Source of the DNA: Octopus vulgaris | Taxonomy: Eukaryota | Direction: 5' to 3' | DNA length: 64,000 bases | Assembly (NCBI GenBank): GCA_951406725.2 | Contig: OX597830.1 | Span: forward strand, 1,178,001-1,242,000 | In this document: positions 28,833 through 41,329 of the stretch, one piece after another | How the letters are laid out: every line of letters starts with the position of its first letter | How positions within the stretch are numbered: position 1 is the stretch's first letter | Made by a program: the position numbers and the translations under genes | Notes under the pieces: generated by a model | What the model was told of the DNA's origin: nothing | Seen by the model: the letters and a program-made list of their open reading frames with translations, nothing else | Database searches by the model: none

Positions 28833-29403
28833 GAAATAGGAAATCCGTTGGAAAAAACAAAAACAGAACAGAGGCGGAGCAAAACAAATCGAACGAGGCT
28901 CCTAAGAGCCCATGGCCAAACTGTTTATCAATGTATGTTGAAAACGGGTGGTGGGTGCGTTGAAGATTTTAACGGGTCAGGCAGCGGTCATTCCAGTGGG
29001 TGAGAGCACGGGGTGCTTAGATGTTCTTTGTGACCGAGACTAAAGTTCTGACTATTTAAAGAATATTAGGTGTATTATATGGGGCGAGAAAAATCTACTT
29101 AGGAACATGTGTGTGTGTACGTAAACAGCCCTACACAATGGTCACTGCTGTAAAATCAGTAATGGTCACTGCTGTAAAATCAGTCGGGTGGCAGAAAAAT
29201 ATTTTATGTGTGCGTGTGTTCGTCTAATCATGCCTTGTCAAAGAAACCCCCCCCTCGTCAAAAACAAACCACCATTCGTCTCCCAGGAGTAATTCCCCTT
29301 GCAATGGTTAATCATATTTCTCTTAAAAGCTATTTCAGAATTTATTTCCAAGGGCTATTTTCATATAAGTAGTGTAACTGGGTGCAGGTATTATTTATAA
29401 GCG

Positions 29404-31277
29404 TTATTTATAAGCAAGATAAGTATAACGCCGCCAATGGGGGCATCGAAAAGCCGACTGTAAAAGTCCGTTTACCATCCGGTCTCTGGCGAACAATATA
29501 TGGAAGAGTTCGGAGCACAAAGGTTGCACTTCCTTCTGCCCCTGTCAAATGGGAGGGCCACCGACAAAATTGACCATTCCAGTCTGTAGCTTGAGTTCGT
29601 ATTCTTCAATCGCCATATTAGCTTGCTAAGTCCCGTGGTCTGGCATTTATTCACGTCTCGAAAAGTTGCGTAATGGTTGGAGATTCGTGAGGCCAATCTT
29701 GACGATGAGGCCCCGACATAAGCGTAGACATCTGAGTCCGTGTAAACCTTACATTGGTAGACGGCGTTTCTGATCTTGGAGTTCACCGACGTGAACCTTG
29801 TTCTATTAGGATTAGTTTCTGAAATTAGAACTGCGTTACTGTTACTATATTTGTTGCGAGAACTGCAGCCGCTTACTACTTTATTTTCCACTACGTCACT
29901 ATTAACTAACGGAATAACCCCTGAATCTACACTATCACTCAGAGTGCTGTCATTGCTAGTGCCTGTGGCGCTGCTATTGCCGGAAACGATGCTGGAGTTG
30001 CTATTGGGACTCTCTACCCTAACGAGCCGAGCTGCCCTCACCTCACTACTGCCATCGTTACCGTCAATGACAACACCCTTATTTATAACTATACCCCTAG
30101 TATCTAATCCCTGGTTGGAGCTGAGATTATGAGTCACTGTACTGGCTCTCATATCATTATTACTACTATTATTATTCCCACTGAGCGTTAAACCGGGAGC
30201 GGAAGAAGCTGTGCCTCCGGAAAAAGGTGATAGGGTCTTAGTAAGCAGCCTATTATTATGGGAGGCGATTATCTGGGCGAGGTTTTTAGTGTTGGAGAAA
30301 GCTATCCTAACTTTATGCGAGTTAACCGTGGAGTAATATGTGGAATTTCTGGGGAAGTTATTGGCGATGGCTTGTCGAAACATGAGGGGGAGGTTAGTTC
30401 TAATCTGCTTACCAAAGGGAATTACAAACCATATATGATTATTCCTATTTATGTGATGGGTCGGGACGCCAGCTCTCGCATTCGGGTGGGTGATTCTCGG
30501 ATGAATAACGGGTTTTGGGTTAGTGTGAGATCCCCCGGACCGATAATTATCCTTGTTCGCTAAATTAAATGCGGGAGCGACTGCCCCAGCGCCCGCCGCG
30601 CTCCCGTCACTACTTAAATTATTAATGTTATTATAGACGGCCCTATCCTGATGACCGAATGATGGCATCGGAAGGGCTGGATCAATATAAATTACCTTCT
30701 GCCTATAACCGGCCTTGGATAGTGCGGCGTTATAAAATTCCGCTTTCTGCATAAAAATATCGGCACTAGCGGACAAGTTAGACAATCTTAGAGAGATATT
30801 TTTAACCAAATTGTCTGTTACGGTTTTGGCATGATTGGAGAAGACACTGACATACTTCAAATTAGTGGAAGGCTTATGGTAAGGGCAGTATGAGTCGCTA
30901 TTCAGGTTAAGTGTAACGTCTAGGAAATTAGCCTTGGTGAGTTCATTATCAAAAACTATAATCATGCCCATTCTATTAAAAAACCTAGCTAACCTGCTCT
31001 TAGTTTTCTGCACTATTCTGTTCGTGGTGTTTTGCAGGTAAAACAGACAATCGTCACGATACAGGCCGCCCGCGATCTCCGGGAACTGGTCGGACAATTC
31101 GTAGAGAATATATATTCCGACCAAATCGGCTATCTGCGCACTATCCGAACTACCCATAGGCACATCAAATTCATTGGGAGTATCTTTACGGATCCACAAC
31201 TTATTATCAAACTTAATAAACGATTTCCTGGCAACTAAAATGATATGGCAACTAAACTTTTGATTAATCTGCAACAA
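29404..31277 (-). pseudogene. Penelope-like RT (C-terminal part) + GIY-YIG endonuclease ORF
   Basis: FDVPMGSSDSAQIADLVG, GLYRDD, NFLDVTL, PYHKP, AVYQC..AYVG..RISNH..F, KCNLC. A frameshift near 29513 continues as ELFHILF..VN..FRCPHWRRY to a stop at 29404. Confidence 0.9.
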
Positions 31278-31303
31278 GATTATTCATCTTTCTATTTCAC
31301 AAA

Positions 31304-31379
<76 letters not shown>

Positions 31380-31436
31380 GTATATGTATATATATATATA
31401 TGTATATGTATATATATATGTATATGTATATGTATA

Positions 31437-31477
<41 letters not shown>

Positions 31478-31479
31478 AC

Positions 31480-31511
<32 letters not shown>

Positions 31512-31518
31512 GTATATG

Positions 31519-31583
<65 letters not shown>

Positions 31584-31864
31584 ATATATATATATATATA
31601 TATATGCATATATATATATGTATATATATATATGTATATATATATATGTATATGTATATATATATATATGTATATGTATATATATATGTATATATATATG
31701 TATTTGTATATATATATATATGTATATGTATATATATATGTATATGTATATGTATATGTATATATATGTATATATATATATATGTATATCTATATATGTA
31801 TATATATATATGTATATGTATATATATATATGTATATGTATATGTATATGTATATATATATATG

Positions 31865-31895
<31 letters not shown>

Positions 31896-32406
31896 GTATG
31901 TATATATATATATATGTATATATATATGCATATATATATATATGTATATATATATGCATATATATATATGTATATGTATATATATATGTATATATATATG
32001 CATATATATATATATGTATATATATATGCATATATATAAATATATGTATATATATATGCATATATATATATGTATATATATATATGCATATATATATATG
32101 TATATGTATATATATATGCATATATATATATGCATATATATATATGCATATATATATATATATATATATATGCATATATATATATATGCATGTATATATA
32201 TATATATGCATATATATATAAATATATATATATGCATATATATATATGCATGTATATATATATATGCATATATATATATATATGCATATATATATATATA
32301 TATGCATATATATATATATATATGTATATATATGCATATATATATATATATATGCATATATATATATATATATATATATATGCATATATATATATATATA
32401 TATATA
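31304..32406. repeat. (TA)n array: TATG variant switching to TATGCA near 31920
   Basis: Direct inspection. Confidence 0.97.
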
Positions 32407-33210
32407 GGAGTTGCTATGTACATCCGTGGGGACCTCACACCCCAGGTCCTTTTGTCATACGCTAACTCGGTGTGTGACACACTAATTGTACACATAAGGC
32501 AACTTGATGTAGTTGTGTGTGCTACATATCGCCCTCCAGATGCCCCAAGTCATATGGGCAAGTTTGAGGACTGCCTTTTAAAAATAGAAGAAGTTCTAAA
32601 CACATTAGAACAACACATAAGTGTACTTCTCATGGGAGACTTCAATCTACCGAATGTCAGATGGCCCGAGGGCCTTTCTCTCCCAGGAATGACAAGATGT
32701 GAACGAGGACAGGCGAGGTGCCTCCTGAACCTCACCAACACCCTGTACATGGAGCAAGTAATACTCCAACCAACCAGAGCAGGTAACACACTGGATCTCT
32801 GCTTCACAAATAATATGGATCTCATCCATAATGTGAAAGTGACACCGACACTACTCTCGGATCACAACATGGTAGAGCTGACCATGTACGGGCCAAAAGA
32901 GAGCACAGACATGCAGCCTACAAGAAACCCTCAGAATCTTTCCAGCTTGAACTTCAATAAGGCAAACTGGAAACAAATTGAGAAAGAGATCCTCAAACAA
33001 AACTGGCCTGAATGTCACTCCTCGCCGGACATCGACATGATACTTCAACAATTCATGTCTGTAATGCAAGCCATATGGTACAAATGTGTCCCAGAGAGAA
33101 AGGCCACTGTACACAAGAACAAAATCCCCAGAGAGAGGAAAATGTTAATGAGACGGCGTACAAAAATTTCAAATCGCCTAAACAAACAAATTGAAAGCAG
33201 TGAAAAGTCC
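32407..33210 (+). mobile_element. LINE family A fragment: AP-endonuclease C-terminal half and linker
   Basis: [34 protein letters not shown]; both ends lie in TA arrays. Confidence 0.93.
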
Positions 33211-33216
33211 TCAGGA

Positions 33217-33279
33217 ATGCATATATATATATATGCATATATATATATGCATATATTTATATATGCATATATATATATA

Positions 33280-33313
<34 letters not shown>

Positions 33314-33341
33314 TATATATATATATGCATATATATATATA

Positions 33342-33397
<56 letters not shown>

Positions 33398-33596
33398 TAT
33401 ATATATATATATGCATATATATATATGCATATATATATATATGCATATATATATATGCATATATATATATATATGCATATATATATGCATATATATATAT
33501 GCATATATATATATATATATGCATATATATATATATATATATATGCATATATATATGCATTTATATATATATATATGCATATATATATATATATGC

Positions 33597-33628
<32 letters not shown>

Positions 33629-33750
33629 GCATATATATATATATATGCATATATATATATATATGCATATATATATATATATATGCATATATATATATAT
33701 GCATATATATATATATATATATGCATATATTTATATTTATATATATGTAT
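33217..33750. repeat. (TA)n/TATGCA array
   Basis: Direct inspection. Confidence 0.97.
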
Positions 33751-34488
33751 TTCCGGTTCCGACAGGGAGAGTCGTGTATCGCCTTTTTTCTGTTTAAAAA
33801 AGGCAGAAATTTTGCATAAATCGGTGAAATAATCTACTGAAAGTCACCAATTCAACTCATAAAGCCCACTACAACACTTCGGCTACAAATATATTAATCA
33901 AGAACGTAATATATTTTGCCTGAAGCCAAATACAGTAATAATTTTTTCTATTCACCGAAAACGCACATGGTGGAAAAAATCCACTGTAGTAACTTATCTC
34001 CTAGAAGAAGGACAAAGAAACATCTCCTGGAAAATAACCCCGTAAACCACGAAAAAAATCCAGACCACATTGTTGGATTAAGTATCACTTTCATCTTCTA
34101 TTTCATATTCTGTTTATTATCCTATTTTATCCCATTTAACTTAAGCCCACATCTCCGTTAAATTTTACGATCGTCATCATTTTTTGTTTTGTTTACATTT
34201 AAATAACTGTCTCGAAGGCAGAAATTGGCTTCAGAATTAAATAACCCTTTCTTCACACTTTAAAATATATATATATTTTAATATATTTTCACTCATTTTC
34301 TTTCTTTTTTCCACCTTCCTTCTCTCCCCGTCTGTGTATATGTGTATGTGTGTGCACGTGTATGTATGTGTGTGTGCGTGTATGTATATATGTATGTGTA
34401 TATATGCATGGACGTGAACTTTCACGAACTTTAGATAGATAATTAATCTTTCTTTTCTTACCCTCCCATCTCTCCTCTTTCATATACT

Positions 34489-34918
34489 CCATCTTCTAAT
34501 TAGCCTTAAGATTAAATAACGTTTAATACTGTTTAATATTGTTTTAACATTGTTAATAATTTTTCAGATGCTCTATCTTCTAATTAGCCTTAAGAATAAA
34601 CAACGTTTTGACCCACACTTTAACATTTAATTCTTTACCCACACTCTAATATCTTTCTAATTAGCATTTTTACCCACATTTTTAAATATTTGTTAATATA
34701 TTTTCAGATACTCTATCCTCTAATTAGCCTTAAGATTAAATAACGTTTTTACCCACACTTTAACTTTTTCACCCACACTTTAATATATTTTTGAATACTC
34801 TATCTTCTAATTAGCCTTAAGATTAAATAACGATTTTTACCCACACTTTAATATAATTGTAATATTGTTAAAATATTTTCAGATACTCTATCCCATAATT
34901 AGCCTTAAGATTAAATAT
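34489..34918 (+). repeat. About six tandem ~60-90-bp monomers in the LINE 5' UTR
   Basis: Core CTCTATCTTCTAATTAGCCTTAAGATTAAATAACG near 34489, 34571, 34650 (partial), 34711, 34798 and 34886. Confidence 0.85.
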
Positions 34919-34976
34919 CTTCTTGTCTTCTCTCGAACATAGTTAGATAGATAAGCAAATAGACAGATCATCCAGC

Positions 34977-35882
34977 ATGTCCAGAGCATGGAGACCTGAC
35001 GAACTAGATTTATTTGTACGAGCATGGACGTGCGCCGACGGAGATAGCCCTAGCGATATGATTGCGGCTGCGCTGAAGAGCAAAGGCTACAAGAGGACAG
35101 CGGCTCTGATGGAGCGAAAGAGACGGGAATTCGTGCGCTCATATGCGCTTATACGGTCGCACATTGGCGCACTTGATGCCATCTTTGAGAACGAGCGGGG
35201 CAAAGATGGCAAGAATGGAGACGATGAAAGAAGTCACCCCCACCAGGTGGACGCCCGGGAGGAGGTTTTGAATGAGAAACCTGCCCGGGAAGTGAACCCA
35301 GGTGCAAGTTCTCCAACCGGCAGCAAAGGCCATGGAGACGGAGAACCCGGTGATGAGGTAGAGGGAGGAGGAAGAACTAAAAGAAGGGCTGGTAGAGCTA
35401 AAGGAAAAGCTCAAGCAGGACCAAAGGGTGAAAAAACAAGGAATAGAAGTGGAACCGCAAAAGATGGAAACAAACAGCGCACACAGGTGTGTAGGTTCTA
35501 ACTGAGAGGTTCCTGCTGGCATGGAAAGGAAGGTGCAGGCTGCCGCTTTGCACATAGGGGACCCTGCCACAGAGACATGAGGCAGATGGACAAACCATCA
35601 ACACAGGGAAAAGGGATGGACCACGCACCACTTGCCCCAAAGCGGAGGTACGCAGATGTTGTGCGTGCCACAAACCACCAACATGATGTTGTCGAAAGGG
35701 CAGCTGCTGAGCAACAATCTTTTTTGTGCATGGCACAAAAGATTGTACAGCAGCAGACCTGGCTTCATCAAACCCAAGCCCGCAGGTGGGACTACCCACT
35801 ATATACCAGACCACCACAGCAAACAGACCCAGGATGGACACCACCGGCAACAACGTACACCTCACCTCGATGCTCCTACTGA
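34977..35882 (+). pseudogene. LINE-A ORF1 (~301 aa): Myb/SANT-like N-terminus + CCCH zinc finger; one premature TAA at 35499
   Basis: WRPDELDLFVRAW..IAAALKSKGYKRT..ERK; VCRF*LRGSCWHGKEGAGCRFAH (TAC, Tyr, in the second copy); the two listed ORFs share one frame. Confidence 0.8.
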
Positions 35883-37760
35883 ACATCAGAGGACTGCAAA
35901 CACTCAGTAACAGGACAAAAATCCCGTTCCTGAGAGATGTTGTTGCATGCAATCAAGCCTTATGCATAGCACTAACGGAAACGCACCTGAAACCGGATAT
36001 AGCAGATGCGGAGTTACACATACCACAGTATGCTGTACTACGGACCGACAGGAAAGAAAGGAGTCATGGAGGTGTTGCTATGTACATCCGTGAGGACCTC
36101 ACACCCCAGGTCCTCTTGTCATACTCAAACTCGGTGTGTGACACACTAATTGTACATATTAGGCAACTTGATGTAGTTGTGTGTGCTACATATCGCCATC
36201 CAGATGCCCCAAGCCATGTGGGCAAGTTTGAAGACTGCCTTATAAAAATAGAAGTTCTAACCACATAAGAACAACACATAAGTGTACTTCTTATGGGAGA
36301 CTTCAACCTGCCCAATGTCAGATGGCCCGAGGGCCTTTCTCTCCCAGGAATGACAAGATGTGAACGAGGATAGGCGAGGTCCCTCCTGAACCTCATCAAC
36401 ACCCTGTACATGGAGCAGGTAATACTCCAACCAACCAGGGCAGGTAACACACTGGATCTCTGCTTCACAAATGACATGGATCTCATCCATAATGTGAAAG
36501 TGACACCGACACTACTCTCGGATCACAACATGATAGAGCTGACCATGTACGGGCCAAAAGAGAGCACGGACGTGCAGCCTACAAGAAACCCCAGAATCTT
36601 TCCAGCTTGAACTACCATAAGGCAAACTGGAAACAAATTGAGAAAGAGATCCTCAAACAAAACTGGCCTAAATGTCTCTCCTCGCCAGACATCGACGTGA
36701 AATTTCAACAATTCATGTCTGTAATGCAAGCCATATGCTACAAATGTGTCCGAGAGAGAAAGGCCACTGTACACAAGAACAAAATCCCCAGAGAGAGGAA
36801 AATTTTAATGAGACGGCGTACAAAATTTTCAAATCGCCTAAACAAACAGATTGAAAGCAGTGAAAAGTCCCGCCTAAAAATAAAACTGTTGGAAATCGAA
36901 AAATGTCTGCAACTCTCCCATGTAAAGGAAAGAGCAGACAAAGAAGCCTGGGCTATAGACAACATAAAATCTAACCCCAGAGCTTTCTACAGGTATGCCA
37001 AAGAAACAGCTACGGTGGACTGTAGAATAGGGCCACTCCTCGAAAAGGATGGCACACTTATAGGAAAACCAATGAGCGTAAGTGAAATACTGAATGAGCA
37101 ATTCAAGAGTGTTTTCACTCCACCCCTTGGGCATCTCCAAATCACCAATCCAACTGACTTCTTTACCACTGCAGATATAAAATCAGAGGCGGCGACGATA
37201 GATTACATCGATATAAAGGAAGACGATGTAATCAAGGCTATAGATGAAATGAAAACAGACTCAGCTACTGGCCCCGATGGATTCCCGGCAATCCTCCTAA
37301 AAGCATGTAAGAGAGTCCTAGCAAGACCACTGCAGTTCCTCTTTCAGAGCTTCCTTGCAGCTGGCAAACTCCCAAGAAAACTGAAGGAAGGTAAAATATG
37401 CCCCATTCATAAAGGAGGTAGCAGAGCGGAAGCCAAGAACTATAGACCTATCTCTCTGACCTCACACATCAGCAAGGTCATGGAACGAATAGTCAGAAGG
37501 AAGTTGATCACCTTCCTTGAAGATAATGACTTGCTGCCCGACACCCAACATGGTTTCCGACCAGGGAGAAGCTGTTTAACTCAGCTCCTACAACACTATG
37601 ACTGGGTGCTGAAACGGCTGCTCAACTACTCAAATGTGGAAGTGATATATCTCGACTTTGCAAAGGCCTTTGATAAAGTCGATCATGGTATGATATGTCA
37701 CAAACTGCGTGATCTCAACATAGTTGGAAAACTGGGAGAATGGCTTCATGACTTTCTGAA

Positions 37761-38721
37761 ACCGGAGTGGCAAATATACGAATTCAGTCACTTACCGTTA
37801 ATAGCGAACACGGTGTTTCTGGATCACAAACATATAAAAAAAGGGGAGTTTGAATTCCTTCTTCAGCGCTATATTCGTTAGCTTTATCAAATGCCACCCG
37901 CCCTCACTTCTGACCCAGCGACATCAGATAGTGGGGGGAAGAGCGCAGATGCTAAAACCAAGTAACGACTGGGAACGCTATTAACGGTAAGTGACTGAAT
38001 TCGTATATTTGCCACTCCGGTTTTGTGTATGTGAGCCGCAAGGGCCTTCGTTTTTGGAATCTCCACTTATAGAAATGGAAAAAACGGTCTTTGACTGCCA
38101 TTTCTAATTCCTTCGGTATGAGGCGAAACAGCTCGCTGCTAGCCAACTTATTTTTCTTTACTATATACTGAACCTTACAAAGGTCTTGACAATTATTTTG
38201 TCGTATTTACATACCGAAATTTACCGTTAAATAATTGTTGGTTACATGAAAAACCACAGGAAAATTATTTACCATTTTTATTGTATTACCATGTGGATTC
38301 CTCATTCCATTACGATTACCCAGAAGGCGCGCATGGCAGAATTTTGGAGGGAAAATTTACGTTCCCAGTCGTTACTTGGTTTTAGCATCTGCGCACTTCC
38401 CCCACTATCTGATGTCGCTGGGTCAGAAGTGAGGGCGGGTGGCATTTGATAAAGCTAACGAATATAGCGCTGAAGAAGGAATTCAAACTCCCCTTTTTTT
38501 ATATGTTTGTGATCCAGAAACACCGTGTTCGCTATTAACGGTAAGTGACTGAATTCGTATATTTGCCACTCCGGTTTTGTGTATGTGAGCCGCAAGGGCC
38601 TTCGTTTTTGGAATCTCCACTTATAGAAATGGAAAAAACGGTCTTTGACTGCCATTTCTAATTCCTTCGGTATGAGGCGAAACAGCTCGCTGCTAGCCAA
38701 CTTATTTTTCTTTACTATATA
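37761..38721 (+). mobile_element. Non-coding hammerhead-bearing element (retrozyme-like / non-autonomous Penelope pLTR unit) with inverted 5' segment
   Basis: Direct repeat 37976-38167 = 38530-38721 (period 554); 37761-37977 is the reverse complement of ~38360-38575; hammerhead at 38465-38535. Confidence 0.8.
38465..38535 (+). ncRNA. Type I hammerhead ribozyme (imperfect stem II); antisense copy at 37801-37872
   Basis: atagcg-CTGAAGA-agga..caaac[loop]gtttg..tcca-GAAA-caccgtg-TT-cgctat; predicted GUU cleavage after 38529. Confidence 0.7.
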
Positions 38722-38755
38722 TATATATATATATATATATATGCATATATATATA

Positions 38756-38808
<53 letters not shown>

Positions 38809-38821
38809 GCATATATATACA

Positions 38822-38863
<42 letters not shown>

Positions 38864-38866
<3 letters not shown>

Positions 38867-39596
38867 CTTCTCACATCGCGAAGGTGGCGACAATGTGCAG
38901 ACGACTCACTGGCTGGATCCTGAGGACATTCCGGACAAGAGACTGCGAGACCATGTTGACACTATGGAGGACATTTGTCCTAAGCCGCCTGGACTACTGC
39001 TCCCAACTGTGGTCACCGCATAGTGTCAAACTAACCACAGAGCTTGAGACAATCCAAAGACATTTCACCAAGAGGATGTCCACCATGAAAGAAAAGAACT
39101 ATTGGGAGAGGATTAGGGAACTCAATTTATACTCCTTGGAACGAAGACGAGAGAGATATGCAGTGATATACATATGGAAAATCCTGGAGGGACTAGCACC
39201 AAATTTTGGAATTGAGAGCTGTTCCAATCCCCGTACAGGACGTCACTGTGTGGTGCCAAAGGTCCCGTCTTCAACATCCAGGGTAAGGAGCAGATACTGT
39301 AATAGCCTGGGGTTCAGGGGCCCTCAACTGTTCAACAAACTGCCAAGAAAACTAAGAGATCTACATGATACGGATGTGGACATTTTAAAAAAACATCTGG
39401 ACAAGCTACTTTCCGGGATCCCAGATGAACCCACTGCAAGGTACGAAGGTAACGTAAGGGCAGCAGCTACAAACTCTCAGTTAGATCAGTGGCCAGCCAC
39501 GGCAAACTGGTCTTAGAGAGGGTAGCAACAAGGGCGGTGCCCCAGCATGGCCTCAGCCGGATGGCTGAAACAAGTAAAAGAGTAAAAGAGTAAAAG
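38864..39596 (+). mobile_element. LINE family B 3' end with (GTAAAAGA)n tail
   Basis: Overlaps the 26719-27964 fragment nearly identically; ORF stop at 39516; hairpin TCAGCC-GGAT-GGCTGA then tail. Confidence 0.93.
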
Positions 39597-39626
39597 TGTA
39601 TATATATATGCTCATATATATATATG

Positions 39627-39676
<50 letters not shown>

Positions 39677-39744
39677 TTATATATATATATATATGCTTAT
39701 ATATATATATGCTTATATATATATATGCATATATATATATATAT

Positions 39745-39780
<36 letters not shown>

Positions 39781-39786
39781 GCATAT

Positions 39787-41271
39787 GCGGAAGCTAAGAA
39801 CTATAGACCTATCTCTCTGACCTCACACATCAGCAAGGTCATGGAACGAATAGTCAGAAGGAAGTTGATCACCTTCCTTGAAGAGAATGACTTGCTGCCC
39901 GACACCCAACATGGTTTCCGACCAGGGAGAAGCTGTTTAACTCAGCTCCTACAACACTATGACTGGGTGCTGAAACGGCTGCTCAACCACTCAAATGTGG
40001 AAGTGATATATCTCGACTTTGCAAAGGCCTTTGATAAAGTCGATCATGGAATGATTTGTCACAAACTGCGTGATCTCAACATAGTTGGAAAACTGGGAGA
40101 ATGGCTTCATGACTTTCTGAAGGATAGAAGTCAGGTGGTAGTAGCCAATGGGGCCACCTCCATTAACACACAAATAGTGAGCGGTGTTCCGCAGGGCACT
40201 GTTCTGGGACCACTACTGTTCATAATGGCCCTCTCAGACATGCCCTCAGCCATGCAGAGAGCCACGATCACAAGTTATGCAGATGATACAAAAGTTTCAC
40301 AGGCAATACAGAACCCTGAGGACACTAAACACCTGCAATGTGAGCTGGACGAAATATACAAGTGGGCTGAAAAGAATAGCATGCAGTTCAATGCTGGAAA
40401 GTTTCAAGCTTTATACTATCAGCATGCAAAACTGAATGCAATCCCCAATGAATACACTGGACCCGGAGGGATTGCAATCCCAGAGGCACAATCAGTGCGT
40501 GACCTGGGTATTCACATGAGTGATGACGCGACCTTTCATGTACATGTTGCTAAACTGACAATGAAATGTAGACGGCTGGCTGGCTGGATTCTTAGAACCT
40601 TTAGAACAAGAGAACAAGAAACCATGATGGTCCTCTGGAAGACACTTGTCCTAAGCCACTTTGACTATTGCTCTCAGCTATGGTCACCACCCAGTGTCAA
40701 GTTGATCACAGAACTTTAGGCGATCCAACGAAGCTACACAAAGAAGATAGCCTCTATGCAGAATGTAAGCTACTGGGAAAGACTCAAGAGATTAAAATTA
40801 TATTCCCTGGAGCGTAGGCGGGAAAGATATGCCATAATATACATCTGGAAGATCCTGGAGGGAAGTGTCCTGAACTTTGGCATCGAGAGTTACGCAAATG
40901 CCAGAACTGGGCGCCACTGCGTGGTGCCTAGGACTCAAACCTGCCATCAAGATGTAGGACAAGATTCTGTGATAGCCTGGTCTTCCGAGGCCCACAGCTC
41001 TTCAATATCCTCCCGAAGAACCTGAGAGACCTGCATGGGGTGGATACAGATGTCTTTAAAATGAAACTGGTTCTCTTCCTGTCAGGTGTCCCAGATGAAC
41101 CAACTTCACGGCAGGAGGGGCAGATGAGGGCAGCTGCATCGAACTCTCTCATGCACCAAATAGCAGTTGCTAGAAAGCCTCCATGAAGTGAAACCAAGTA
41201 GCAACACCAAATGGCGGTGCCCCAGCATGGCCACAACTCATAAGCTGAAACTAGAATCAATCAATCAATCA
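39787..41271 (+). mobile_element. LINE family A (subfamily A1), 5'-truncated RT through (AATC)n tail
   Basis: Full RT motifs; stop at 40717, frameshift near 40936. Confidence 0.95.
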
Positions 41272-41273
41272 TA

Positions 41274-41329
<56 letters not shown>

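Larger units (their letters stand above)
28701..31303 (-). mobile_element. Penelope-like element (Naiad-like), 5'-truncated, with 3' pLTR
   Basis: RT + GIY-YIG ORF followed by a hammerhead-containing terminal segment; both ends abut (TA)n. Confidence 0.9.
33751..37760 (+). mobile_element. LINE family A with intact 5' end (5' UTR, ORF1, APE, RT N-half), 3'-truncated
   Basis: 5' UTR homologous to the reverse complement of 52106-53446; ORF2 has LLNIRGL, LTETHL, GDFN, SDHN, YLDFAKAFDKV, with stops near 36268 and 36372 and a frameshift near 36590. Confidence 0.93.

Noticed and set aside
31284-31286. In-frame TGA upstream of the Penelope ORF as possible selenocysteine (known in some Naiads)
   Set aside because: It lies in an apparently inserted or disturbed stretch next to the truncation point, not at a recognisable Cys position, and I could not identify a SECIS by eye.
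34489-34918. Regularly spaced repeats resembling a CRISPR array
   Set aside because: Eukaryotic LINE 5' UTR; the intervening sequences are related to each other and there are no cas genes.
36607-37881. LINE RT ORF with a novel C-terminus (KPEWQIYEF..)
   Set aside because: The tail is read-through into the antisense copy of the hammerhead element; the RT is truncated before YADD.
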